Shown here: positions 50,892-64,000 of the stretch, piece after piece
How positions within the stretch are numbered: position 1 is the first letter of the stretch
Layout: the number at the start of each line of letters is the position of its first letter
NCBI GenBank assembly: GCA_051294375.1
Contig: CM119266.1
Span: forward strand, 13,518,735-13,582,734
Origin: Paraspadella gotoi
Taxonomy: Eukaryota; Animalia; Chaetognatha
Length of the DNA: 64,000 nucleotides
Reading direction: 5' to 3'
Notes under the pieces: generated by a model
The model's database searches: none
What the model was told of the DNA's origin: nothing
Seen by the model: the letters and a program-made list of their open reading frames with translations, nothing else
Position numbers and translations under genes: made by a program

Positions 50892-51239
50892 CGCGAAGGC
50901 GAGGGGGGGAAAGATTCAAATAAGATGACCGTGAAGTTGATTACGCGGGTTTGTATTTGAAGATTCACTGTTGGTATGCTAATGTAAATTTATCTGGAAA
51001 GGATAAATTGTTAGATAGTTACATGATTCCATGTATAATTTAATAAAAATTAATATCGGATGCACAATCACCGAAAGCTTGAAATACAATTTGATTTTAA
51101 AATAATGGAACTTGAATCGAAGAAAAGTATTGCTTTGAATTTGATCGAAAACCATGATTGATAAAACTAAATTGTTATAAAAAATCGGGCAAAACGTAAC
51201 TATTCGAGTTAAAAACAGGGAAAACTCGGCGACACTCGC

Positions 51240-53094
51240 TCAAGATTCTTCCTTGTCGCTATCCTCATCAGCGACGAGGGCACAATGCTGCCCACCGGCC
51301 GAGACAGCCGTGGCGCGGCGAGTTTGCAGTTGCTTGGATTCCACCTTGGTGGGAACGTCGTAGTCCTCGTCGTCGCCGTGACCCAAAGCGTTGTTGGTCC
51401 CAGTGCCCCACGACCAGAGGTCTCCCTTTTCTGTGACCGCGTAGGAAGTATAAATACCAGCGGCGACGGCCTTGACGGCGTCGTCGATACTTTCGATCTT
51501 CTTGGGTTCCGTTTGAACCTTATTTTCCTTTTCCTTGTCGTCGTCGTCATCTAGCAGACCGCAAGCGCCGTAGGTGCAAGACCCACAGGCGAAGAGGTTT
51601 CCCGCTTCGTCGTTAAAGAGGGTGTGATGATGACCGCAAGAAACTTGTTTGACGTTCAAAGCAGAAACGCGGGGGAGGTAGGCGGGTTTGAAGACGCAAG
51701 CGTTTTCTCCAGAACCTTCCGATTTGAAGCCCAACTGGCAGCTGCTGTTGAGACCAAAACCGAACACGAGTCCTGACTCCAGTTTCACCATCGTGGTGTA
51801 TCCACCGGCCCAAACGTTGGTGGCGACGCCGGCACGGGAGCCGTCCTGACTACGATTCAAGTCGGCGCCGCCGGCGTGGTTGTTGTTTCGCTTCTCGGCC
51901 TCGCGAGCGGCGTGTTTGAGCGGCACCACGGCCGGCGTCATGAGTGAGCGTTGCCAATGACGACCGTCGCGAGTGGAGAAACGTTCGGCGACCCGACCCA
52001 GCTGGCCGTTCTCGCCGCAACCCATCGTCAACACTGTGCCGTCTTCCGACAGCATGACCAAGTGATGGTAACCGGAGGAGATTTTTACGATTCGTGAAGA
52101 CGTCGGAACGTGGACCGGGGTCGATATTTTATTCGTCATGCTTCCTAGAGATATATTCAGCTTTTAATAAACATACGGGGGTTGATCCCAACATTAGGGT
52201 AGTGCGGGGTCATTCGGAACGGGGGTAATTCGGAACTGACACATTACATAAAAAATTATTTCCTAAAATTTTAATTATTTAAAAAAAAAAAAAAACATCT
52301 ACTATGAGAAAAATTTTATTACTTCTAAAAGTGTTCCGAATAACCACACACTACCCTATACATTCTCACCGGAGTTATCTCGCCATCCACCCCAGAAGAA
52401 AAGACGACCCTTGGTAGTGACGGCCGCCGAGTGGGAATCCCCTGCCGAAATGGCGACCACTTTTTCAGTCCCGTCGGGGAAAGTGACCTGCGACGAAAGA
52501 TTAGATAAAAATAAAAGTGTGAAAGAAAAATGTTCAAATACTTCACTTACAATTAAATTACGAATTATTTCATTTCATTTTAGCATAATCAATTAATTGA
52601 AATAACTTATTGAGATTTTCTTATAAAAATTTAATTCATAATCCATTTACAGCCAAACCTCGTCTGGAGCGGTGCACTCGTCGTCGTCTTCTGTTTTCCG
52701 ACCCAAGCTGCCCTCATCGTTGCAACCCCACGAAAACACGCGACCGGTCTTGGTCAGCCCGATCGTGTGCATTCCCCCGCAACAAACCTTTAAAAAAATT
52801 ATATAGTATTTACTAGTTGATTTGAAAATTAACAATAACTGCAATACGGACCTGAACGAGGTCTTGAACTCCTTCAAGCTCCCCTTTGACGAGAGTGGGC
52901 TTTTTTCGCTCCAGCATGTCAGGGCCCAACCCCAACTGGCCCGTGTCCCCAGTGCCAAACGTGAGAACATTACCAGGGACGTCCTTCAATGACCCAATTA
53001 AATCGGGAGCCACGCGGAGACGCTTTGACGTCTTTTGTTTTTCTCCAGAGTTTTTCCGCTTTCGTTGTTTGCGGCCAGAGGAAGTTTCCACCAT
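51240..53094 (-). CDS. RCC1: Regulator of chromosome condensation 1 (Ran GEF), multi-exon
   Basis: Basic N-terminal tail; [15 protein letters not shown]; [21 protein letters not shown]; [10 protein letters not shown]; [12 protein letters not shown]; VSAGGQH. Confidence 0.93.
52197..52356. mobile_element. ~160-bp MITE in an RCC1 intron
   Basis: TIRs gggtagtgcggggtcattcggaac / gttccgaataaccacacactaccc with TA on both sides; a related TIR-like sequence occurs at about 40953-40970. Confidence 0.75.
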
Positions 53095-53289
53095 TGTTCT
53101 TTTATTATCTTTGTGTACGAGCCCGAATTGAAGCTTTATATAGATTTCTTAAAAGCATAGGGATTAGCAAACAATATTGCAAAAGGGTAAATGTAAAAAA
53201 ATAAATAGTTATCAAAAGTAATAACAAAATAACCATTTTTAATGGTTATAAAATAAGTAACGCAATCACCGATTAAAATTTCGACTAAT

Positions 53290-56200
53290 CTACATTTTCG
53301 CTTTTATACGAGCGATGAACTTCTCCAGTCCTTCATCGTGAAACATTTTAAACGCTTTTTGCGCCAATTCCAAAGCTGAGGAATAATCTTTCGCCCTGTA
53401 ACTGTTTTTCGCGTCTTCACAGTACTGTTGGTATCGCTCTTCGGCGTCGTCGTCTTCCTCCTCGGAAGCGTCTTCGTCGTTTTCGTCTTCCTCCTCGGAA
53501 GGGTCCTCGTCATCCTGGTCCGACCCCTCGGAGGAAATGTAGTGGCTCTTTTGCATCGATCCATCCGCGTTAAGTTCATCTGGCGCGTCTTCATCCGGGT
53601 CAACATTCTCATCCACCTCTTCTCCACTACCATCTCCACCGCCTTCCACTTCGTCTTCCTCCTCCACAATGCTCGCCACTTCTCTCACGATATCTTCGTC
53701 GTCGGTGTTGCTTTCTTCTTCTTTCGGTTTAGGCATCCAACTCCTTCGGCGCTTCTCCGTCGAAATCGTCCGCTTCTCCTCGACTGCAGCGTCGTCACGG
53801 CCGCGATCGCTTGTTTCATCATCGTCGTCACTCACGATCCTGTTCCTCGCATTTCCTCCTTTACGTATTTTCGGACCCTCGCTTTCGTCTAAATCGATCT
53901 CCGGCTTATCGAATACGACTTCCCGCTGTCCACCTTCTTCGGCTATAGAATCTCCCGCCGCAGGATTTATTTTGATTGATTTTCTGCGCATCGAGTTCGC
54001 GTCGGGAGTGTCGACGGAGGAGAGGTTTCTTTTGTTCGGCGGGGAGGGCGTTCTCGGCGAACCTTCGTCAAAACTATCGGCGACAATTTCAGCGCGAGAA
54101 GCGGACTTCTGAAAACAAACATAACAAAAATACACACATTAACCACCCACGATAACACGTAAGTTATTCGATAGATACCTGCTGTACGGATTCGTTAATA
54201 GATACGCTATCGTTGACCATTACTTTCCCGGAGGATCCTTTCGAATTCTCGTCATCGTCCATAATTTCGGTATCGTCGCCATCATCTTCGTCGCTACCCT
54301 CTTTGACGATTCCGTCGTTATTAACGGTGCCAAAAAGTGTCTGCCTTTTGTCTACGCGTGTTGTTCCATCACCTTTAAAGGTAAAATATTTGGTTATTAT
54401 TTCGAGAAAAAAATTTTTTTTGCGCTGATCAAGACTAACAAAAAATTATAGTCGAAACATGTCCGATTTAACTAAAGAAATCGTTGATTGTAACAAATAA
54501 ACTGTTTTCTTGAAAAAATATAATACAAAATTACAAAGTGATCTTAGGTAAAATTCACCTTTTTTAATCTGATCCGTTGACGGAAGTATAAACTTTATAT
54601 CTTGCTTTGATTTCAGATCCTGTGGGACTTTAAAGTCCTCCACTTTCGCCTAAAAACAAGTATGAAATGTTATAATCTTTTCAATTAAAAAAGCGAATAT
54701 TTAAATTTATCTTCGTATTTAATAAAAAATATTTCCAGGGATACGTAAAAAACGAATGAAACTTAAAAAAAATTTACACAAAAATTACTAAGAAATATCG
54801 ATCTCAAGGTAGGCCCTCTCACCTCGGCTAAACTGGCTTCGATGGCTCTTTTCAACATTTCTTCCTCCTGCCTCTCCACCTTTTCCATCCTTTGACTTTC
54901 GTTCAGGCTTTCTTCCAACGTCCGCTGCAAGACGTCGTCGTCCTCAATGGCTTCGATCTGAGAGAAATCGAGGTCGACGCCATCGCCCAAGTCTTTGTCG
55001 CCGGGAGGTCCATGAATCATCGTCGAACTAAGCAGCGGCGTCACCGGCGCGTTACCACGGCCGGCACTGTGGTTCTCTTCATCACTGAAATTTAAATTTT
55101 ACTGGAGATTATTTTGCTTTCACGATAACCTAAGCTTCTGTAATATTGGTTGTACCAATTTCATGTAAAACTGTATTGAGCAGCTTAACTAAATTGCCAT
55201 ATCACTTCATAGTTCATACAAGTAACTTAAGATAAATTGCATACTATTAAACTCCGATACTTTAAAATCTTTAAAATAAATTATTATTACGTACGAACAC
55301 AAATTCCTAAATTACCTTGCCGATTCGTCCAAGACAATAAGATCTACTTTTACGCTCGGATCAGTTTGCCATTCTTTGGTTGCCGTCTGCTCCTTCCGAT
55401 GCCAGAAATTGGGATTTTTAAGATCCGCCGCCGCCTGAATCATGACTGCGTCCGACCCGAGGTCGCCATGCACATTCGACTCTCTTTGTATAGCCTCTTG
55501 TGCGCGTTGTACGCGCTGTCGAATGTATGCTTGCTCACCTCCTGGTCCTCCTACATTAGTATCAAAGAAAGTATCATCAATGACTATTAAATCACGAGCT
55601 AAAAAACGCAGAAAAGGATAGCTGACCTGGATGCATTGCGGCCATTCCAGACGGGTAGGTGCCTTCCTCATGGTCTTCGTCGTCGTCTTCGTTCTAAAAC
55701 CCAAAGGTAGTGAATAAAAAAAGTCTTTAAAATAAAAATAATTAAAAAATATAAAAAAATGTTTGTCTCCTTATAAAACTCACTTGTCTTCCATTCTCGT
55801 CGAACATGAGATCGTGATCGGAGATGCCAAAGATGTTTAGGGAGAGCAGAAAGGCGATGTGGGCGTCGAGATGGCAATCCGTCTTGCGATCTTTAGCGTG
55901 CATGCGTTCGAGTTGTATCTGTCGACCGTCAACAATGAAACATTGTCAATGTTAATATGGATTACATCACTGATAAACATTTGTACATGACCAGGCGCTG
56001 AAACATCTTCAAATCAAATACCTGAGTTGTCGACTGAGTGGGATCGTCCAAATTGAAAAGATCTTTCAGTTCTGTTTTTGTAAAATATCGAATAGGATTT
56101 TTTTCTTCTTCCACAGTTTGTCTCGTCAACGAGGATTTAAACACTTGTCGCCTAAAGTACGAAAAAGTTGCGGAACAAATACAATTATGGCCAAAAGTAA

Positions 56201-59200
56201 AGGGTTAAACCTGTAAATCTTTTCCTCGACCGTTCCGCAGGTGATGAGTCGGTAGATGACTACATTTTTCGTCTGTCCTATACGGAAGACCCGGTCGACG
56301 GCCTGAGCGTCGGTTGCGGGGTTCCACGCCGGGTCATAGATTACAACGCGGTCGGCACTGGTCAAGGTTAGACCGACGCCGCCGACCTGTAAATGATGTT
56401 TAGTTTGCAATATAGAAATGTTATAGAGTCAGATGCTGCCGAAGCCATGAAAAAAAATTAACTAACCTGAGTTGTCAATAGAAATACCGAAATTGTCGAA
56501 TCTTTTTGAAACTTGTTGATTATTTTTTCCCGCTCTTCAATCTGCACGATAAGTTACCGAAAATGTAGTAAAGTATTACAAATTCAACGAAATTATTGCT
56601 AGGTGAACCAAAATGGCCTACTTGAGATATGGTTCCGTCCATTCTGACAACTCGTATTCTTTTATTGCCGAGTAGGCGCTGGACGATATCCAAGATTTTT
56701 CGAGACTGAGAAAAGACGAGGACGCGACTTCCTTCGGTGATGAGCTGATCAATCAGACTCATGAGAAATGTCATTTTTCCTAAGACGAAAACAATTGATG
56801 AATAAAATAGCGAAGCGTTCAAAAGAGTAAAAAAACGAACCCGCTTCGTTGACAAGTTTCGCATCCGACACTTTGCTAATATCGGGCCCCATAGCTTGCA
56901 GGTGCGACTCGTCGTCGTCACCCCTGCTCTGATCAGCGCCGATCGTGGAATTGTCGAGGCCGAGTTTGCGGCAAGCTAGCGCGTTGAGTAGACGAGGATG
57001 ATCGCAGATTTTCTTGAGCAAGGTCAACGCGACCAAAGGGCTGCGTTTTGACGTCAATAGCTCCTAAAAAGGCGAGCGGAGGAGGAAAGGGGACGACGAG
57101 AAAAGATAGAAAGACGAAAGGCATTGACGCGTTTCTCTTTTCAATCGATTTTTCGACTCGCAATGAAAAAAGAGAGCAATTTTAAAAGAAAAAATTATAA
57201 AAAGCCTTTTAGCTAAATTATCTGACATCTGGTCGGCGGTATTGCAATTTGTTCAGAAAAGATAATTTTAATAATTAAAATATTAAAAAGAAACGAAACG
57301 AAAGAGATAAAAATCATGCCAATCTGGACGCAATCAAAACTATACCTTAACTTCGTCTTGATGCAAAAAATCGTCGTATATCTTGATCTGTTCTTGCGAC
57401 AAATAGCACCAGATAATCAGTTCGTTTTTTCGAGTTAAATCGGGCATTTCTGGACCTGACAAATTATTACAACTAACTAATTTTGTGATCCCAGTAAGTT
57501 ATAATGCAATTAAGGAGAATTTATTTAATACTTGTATTCAAATCATTTTTCTTTGCGGCCTCGATTGTCTTGGACTTCTTTATTTCATCCTTTGTGCGGC
57601 GAAGGATATAGGGTTGAATCAAATTTCTGAACGAAAAAAAAAAGTTTTTTTCAGCATTGCTGTGGAAGTTGGAAAAGCGAAGGGCCCCGGGTCCCCGAAC
57701 CTAAGAGAGACAGCCATTTCTTCGCCGAGCCTCTTTTCCCCGACTGAGGCGTCTTTCTCCCGCGCGCGGCAGATCGGGTTCTCGTATTCCATCTTAAACG
57801 TCTTCTGAGTCCCGAGGAGAGCGCCCTTGGTTTTAAAACAATGTAAAATAATACGACTCGGTTCATTTGGATAATCGAAGTAGCGGGGGGAAAACGGCTG
57901 TTCACCTCGTGGGTGAAATCAAAGAGCGACCACATTTCCTTGATGTTGTTCTGTACGGGCGTGCCCGTGAGGATGATTCGATGCCGAGCAGGAATCGTTC
58001 GAATTCCCTAAAAAAAATAATAAAGTTACCGGGGCTGGCTCCGCTAATAGTGACCAGGCAATGGCACCTTGGACGTCTTGTTGGTGTGATTCTTAATCTT
58101 GTGACCCTCGTCGAGTATGAGGTAATCCCAGGTAAACTTGCGGTTATGACTGTCGGCGCCTAAATCCTCCCAAGAAGTCTGGACCGTCCCGTAAGTCGTG
58201 ATTAGGATTCCGCTCCGCTGCAAAAATTATTCATTAATCGTTTATATGTACGAGTGGGAAAACCAAGGGAAAATTGCACGTTTATTACCTTTTGCACTCT
58301 TCTCAGCGCGTTTAACTTGTCTCGTTTAGAGCTTCCGTGGTAAGTATAAGTGTTGAGACCCGGGGCCCATTGATCGATTTCTTTTTGCCAGTTGGCAATC
58401 AACGATAGCGGCATAACGAGCAACACTGATTTGATCTGCGGCATAATAGGTTATTAAAAATTTAAATAAAAGAAAAAGAGATAGCTCTGCAAAAAAAGCA
58501 CCTTTTCCATATCGTAAAGGCCGGCGAGGAATCCGATGATTTGAATGGTTTTGCCAAGACCCATGTCGTCGGCCAGGATTCCGCCGCTATTGTTGCGATG
58601 AAGTTTCCATAGGAATAGTATACCGCGTTTCTGATGATCATAAAGTTTCTCGTGCACTCCTTTGTACAGGTAATAACCTTTACTCATATCCACCATTTCA
58701 TTATTCTCTTCATTTTCGCTTGAAGAGTCTGTGGGGGACAATGTATGAATTAAAGCCTGTCCAAAGTCAGGGGCAAGATAGCTTATTTATTAAATGAATG
58801 GATAATTTATTGAATTATAAAGAATATTATTTGGTGGAAATTTGATTTTTTAAAAAATACAGTCATGTGCAAAAAAATCGCGCCAATTTATTTCAGACTT
58901 TAAAAATTACTTCATATTTTTTTATAACCAAAACTCATTCCAAAAAAATTACTTTACCAAATTTATTGAAATTTAGTATGAACGATCTTTATGAGAATAC
59001 AAGTAGAACAATCTAAGTAAATTTTTATAATTAACCTCTGAGCCAAAATATAAGGCCCCAAAAGGTAAAAAAATTTTTATTTTATTTTTTTATTATTTTT
59101 GTTTTAAACAGTTAAAAAAACATTTACTTTATTACAAAAAAATATTTATTACTACAAAAATATAAAGCTAAAAGCAAAACTAAATATAAAAAAATTAAAA

Positions 59201-60260
59201 ATTAACTTGAAATAAATTAAAAAATAAAATAACTGGATAAATTAATTGTTCCAGATCCTTAAATAATAATCTTAAAGTTATTTAATATTTAAACATACAA
59301 TAACAAAATAGGTTAATAATTCTAAAGCTTTTATACAGATTTAAAATGATAATCAAGCTTGCTTACTTTCTTAGGTACTTATTAATAACATGAACAAATT
59401 TTTAAAAAAATTTATATTTGAATAAAACCTTCCTATTATAAAATATATTTATTTTTTATTATATATTTAGTTATTAGATATAATGATAAGTAAAAAATTT
59501 TTAAGAAAGCAATATATATATATTTAAAGAATATAGATTAAAAGGTAAATCTTTCATAAAATATAAAAATAAAAAATAGTGAAACAAATAATTTGAAAAT
59601 TTTCATATTATTGTTACATATTATTTCTTTATATTTTTATATTAATTATACCAATTTTATATATTTTTATAAAAAAAATGTTTTAAAATTTTGGTTTATC
59701 TTAATAATATAGATATTGGAATATGTGTCTGAATAATGTGCGTGTTTTTTGCACAGGAGTGTAGGTAGTTTTTTCATTTATTAAAAAAGTATTTACGAAA
59801 ACTTATAAGAAGCTATATGCAGATGCTGGCGTCGAAATCTTACCATTATCTCTTAGATAAGTTTCAAACTTTTCTATTCTTCGGCTTATCTTATCGGACT
59901 GAAATATGTCGTAAGCTTTTCTGAGAAGGTTTGCAGCTTCTTTGATGAGACCATCCTCAGTCAATTCCTTCGATTTTTCAATGAGTTTTCGATACTTGAT
60001 TTGTCGTTCTTCGGATAAATCATTGAAATCCTCAATATTGTTCGTTTTCGAGGTATTCTGGAAAAACAAATTAACAAGCGTTAATAGAGAACAGTTAATG
60101 TTAGATAATAGCGGACCCTATCAGTATCTACTTTATTAATGGAGCGATGAGGTGTTGATCCAATTTTCATTTTCCGCTCAAGAGTTATGTTTTTGTGGCT
60201 ATCTTTCATAATATTTTCCTTGTCTTCTTCTTCTTCGGCATCAAACAACGAATTATCCAT
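53290..60260 (-). CDS. ERCC6L: PICH / ERCC6-like SNF2 translocase, multi-exon
   Basis: N-terminal TPR ([10 protein letters not shown]...[16 protein letters not shown]); [13 protein letters not shown]; ILDEGHKI; TTQ|[38 protein letters not shown]; [15 protein letters not shown]; acidic tail and C-terminal TPR-like helix. Confidence 0.9.
58860..59761. mobile_element. ~900-bp AT-rich non-autonomous Tc1-like DNA transposon in an ERCC6L intron
   Basis: TA|cagtcatgtgcaaaaaaatcgcgcca at the left end; the reverse complement of the right end is TA|cactcctgtgcaaaaaacacgcaca; no transposase ORF. Confidence 0.72.
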
Positions 60261-63200
60261 TCTTGAGTCAATTAATATTAAGAAAAGCTGATAAATTTTC
60301 TGGCAAGGATGAAATTAAAACGAATGAAAGGGAATTAAAACGTCAAGAGACTACAAAAAACAATATTATACAGCTACAAACTTCAAAAAGCTTTTTCGAG
60401 ATCTTTCTGGAGAATGCGATTAGGAGTGAACAGAAATTTTTGAATGAGTCTTACATTTTAAGGGTCCAAAATAATACCGAACAAAATTATACATGTACAA
60501 ATTTAACTTTTTTTTATGGTCTGTCTTGGGAATAGGACTGCACGTGAATTTTAAATCCCAGAATCCAAAATACTGTGTTCAAATTCAAGCAATATCATTA
60601 TGTATGAAGTGACTTTTTGATGAAAAAAAATGGATATAATGCATAGACAATAAGAATTACATCGCAAAATCTTATATCTTAAAAAAATGAAAAATATTAA
60701 AAAATCTTTCTGAAAAATTGCTGCGCGCGGGAAACGGTTACTTGATTTTTGAAAAATATCTTTTGTTTCAAATTTGTTAAAAACTCCATAGAGGGCCAGG
60801 CATTTTTTGAATCGAAACTTTTGAAAACAAATGAACTGAGTTTTCTATTTCTATTTCAATTGTTTGCATTACTGTTATCTACTTTGTGTTTTGTAAAACT
60901 ACTGTGGCCCATGGTCCTCGGACCCTCTGTATGAATAAATACAAATACAAAATACAAAATTCAATTTCTACTTAATTTAGGACAATTTATACTTCCATTG
61001 ATATTTATATGATTACCATTGGTTCTCTTTTTCTACTAAATTGGCTGTCCTTTATCTTCCCAGAAAAAAAGAAGCAAAAAAGTAAATAAAAACACAAAGA
61101 GGAAGTTCAGTCAGCACAGCAGTGGTTAATTTTGTATAAGTAATGTAGTCTTAGCAACACCACAGGGTTGAAAAGTAAAGTCTTTTAAACGCGGACGCAT
61201 TTATTGCAATTATTTAATTTCTTAAATTTTAAAGAGACCACACTTTCACTTTGTCTTGTTTTACTTTAGGTCAGCTTTTTTTTCCTATTTATCTTTCGTA
61301 TTTTACAACTTAAAATTAGAAAAAAAACTCAACGTTGTTATTAAAATAATGCTATTTTTAATTTTAATGTTCTAAAAACGTAATTATCTGAGAAAATTTT
61401 AAAATCACATTCCATATGTGAAACTGAAATTTGTTTCGAAAAGGTGACATAAGCGATGTGTATAAAACGTTTGAAGTTGCTTTCAAAGCCGACGTATTGT
61501 ATCGTAGACAGGCAGGGTCCAAACGTCGCATATCAGAGGTAGAATCATCTATCAGCATCACGCAATTCTATCTGGATTCTGCAAGAAAACGAGGCCCTTG
61601 CCCTTGGTTTTCATTTCTGGTCGTTTCATGCCAGGAATCAAAAGCAAGCGGCGACCGGCTCTTGGCACAAACCCTTTCCGCCGTGTCTCGGGTGGAAGCG
61701 ACGGGACAACCCGCCGCGTTGCTCATCCAACTTTCTCTTCCAAAACCCAAGTCATGTCTCCCTGAATTTGTTTTTTTTTCGTTGAAACCGTAATGCTATT
61801 CCTACGTGTTACGCAAATAACAATGTAAATATTTTTCATAAATAGATGCTTACTAAGCTTAGTTTTTTCGGAAAAAAGTTAGAAATTTGTTACCAAATTA
61901 AAATTCATATTTTCAAAAACAAAGAACTCATTCCCTCTTTGAATTTTTGTATATAAAAATAATTTATCTCTACGTTTAAATATTAGTTATTTCCAGCCTT
62001 TCATACTTTGAAATCTCGCGGCACTAACCTTATTTCTTTTCCTTTACGCAATAACAGGAAAATTTTTTTTGGATTTCCTAAAAAACCTCAGAAAAACAAG
62101 AAAGCGTGAGAAAAAGGGATTTTCCCGATTTTTAAATTTTGACCAGCAAATCTACTAAATTACCCCTTTTATAACAAATCAGCTTATGTTTGGAGAAAAA
62201 TTTAAAAACCACTCATTTCAAGACTACGACGCTCTCAAACCTGACATTGGCTAATTTAATTGTCATCTAACTTTGAACGCGTGCGCTTAATATCATCCAA
62301 CCCGGTTCCATTTACAAACCGATTTTTTTCTCCCTGAATCTCTCCGCTCGGCTCAGTTTCTATTTGCGCTGTTATCCATCGTCTCTCGTTCCTCGACTCT
62401 TCTTTCTCTTTACACTTTAGGCTGCCCCCGTCGCCACCCCCCCCCTCTCCCCCCACCAACCCGCGTTCCTGCTTCGCCTTGTGTCGCCGAGAATCGCAGT
62501 AAATTGAAGCAGAGAAAAAAAATCTGCGTCCGAAGGGAAGCGTCTCTCTCTCTTTTTTCCCCGGATTTATCCCCGAAGACCCTAAGAAGAAAATCGTTGA
62601 ACTGAAAAAAGAGAGAGAGAGAAAAAAGAAAAAAAACCTCGGAACACGAAATTCCTCATCGAATCTTTAAATTCGGCGGATGTTCTTCAGCCACTCGAAT
62701 TTTTTTTTTTCGAGAAAATCATCGGCTGCCCTTTCTACCGCTGTAAAATTACAAGGCAGTAGCAGTAACAAAAATATCGCCGTCATCTGACGAAGAAATT
62801 TGCCGTAACTCGCGCGTCAACGTCAAAAAACCAAGGACGACCGCAGGGCGGCGACTTCGTCTGCAGGAGTCGCAGTTTGGTTTTCCCGCGAAAATTCGAA
62901 TCCATCTGAGATTTGGCCGCCAACGAAAATAAGAGTTGAAAAACTAAAGTTTGGCAACTCACTCGGATCGAAATTTATTCATAAAAATCTATGTACATAA
63001 TAAGCGCGATAAAAAAAAAAAAAACAACTAATTGGACCCGAGTTAATGACCAGAATCCCAGCAGTTTTTAGATTGAGTGTCACTAGACTCAATCGCGCAA
63101 AGTCGGTTTTATCCACATTTCCCCATGCTCCACCGATGATAAAGCATCTCGTCTCTTTCCGCTATCCGCTTTTTTTTTTCGCTTCATAAATCGACCATTA

Positions 63201-63379
63201 ACTCTATTTTAAACTGTTTGAACTTTTTAATGAACGATTTTTAATCGAAATATAAACTGGGAGACTCTTTCGCGATTTTTTTCATCGCTTTCCCCGCCGA
63301 GCAGTAAGCGTGGGGTGAATTGTGAAATTCAACTAATAAATTAAGTTAAATTTCCTCGATCCAATCAAAACATCTATAC

Positions 63380-63718
63380 ATGAGTGAAATGGAAGAATCG
63401 AGTCCGACTCACTCTGTCGACTCGGCCAAGCTGGAAAGGCTCGTCCTCGACGAAGACGAGGAAAATCTTCGTCGGAGTCGCGATCCGATCAAGTCAAAGG
63501 CGTCGGCGACGTCGGTGAATGGCGCAGGGTCCGACCACGCTGTCGACGACGCCGCGCCGGATGCGCCGGCCGTCATTCCGGTAACCGGAGTCGCGATCGA
63601 CGATCATTTCGTTCTTCCGACGCCGGCCGGCGTTTTTTCGACAAACGCCGGTTTCGTTCCGACGTGGTCGTCGAACGGGACGTCGACGCCGGTGCTGATC
63701 GTCGTGGAGATGGGTGAG
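63380..63718 (+). CDS. Probable first coding exon of an unidentified plus-strand gene
   Basis: GC-rich ORF MSEMEESSPTHSVDSAKLERLVLDEDEE... with coding-like composition, ending at a candidate donor (g|gtgagg or gag|gtttag). Confidence 0.45.
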
Positions 63719-63731
63719 GTTTAGCGGTAGT

Positions 63732-63836
<105 letters not shown>

Positions 63837-64000
63837 CCAGGCGCCCACTCCATCTCTATTTGTTTATCGCTCCATTCTCCTCGTTTTTCCTCCCTATCTG
63901 TTTTCTCCATTATTTCCAACGACCATAATTTGTTAGTCTTAAGAGAAAAACTCGCTCTTTTGGTTTTCGCGGAATTTTTGGGCCCACTTTCTCTCTTTTT

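Overview
Eukaryotic (metazoan-like) genomic DNA with short GT-AG introns and many (GA)n microsatellites; no prokaryotic features. Bases 1-9.8 kb are non-coding. The rest holds two densely packed minus-strand gene runs that look like operons: LAGE3/Pcc1 > ALKBH2 > TBL3 > PRPF31 > an intronless Spen-like RRM gene > PP2A-C > AP1G1 > RCOR, and the mitotic trio ERCC6L/PICH > RCC1 > PLK1. Several stop-to-ATG gaps are only 6-350 nt and most contain an apparently unpaired 3' splice acceptor, which suggests polycistronic transcription resolved by spliced-leader trans-splicing. DENND11 is transcribed divergently on the plus strand. There are also one or two orphan multi-exon genes, TA-flanked MITEs and two related DIRS tyrosine-recombinase retroelements: one near full length (41.0-46.2 kb) and one internally deleted, mostly gag (9.9-12.3 kb). 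Both carry their internal complementary region (ICR) in the 5' leader rather than next to the 3' ITR, and share further leader motifs. All gene calls come from recalled protein motifs and exon boundaries read by eye; no database searches were run.
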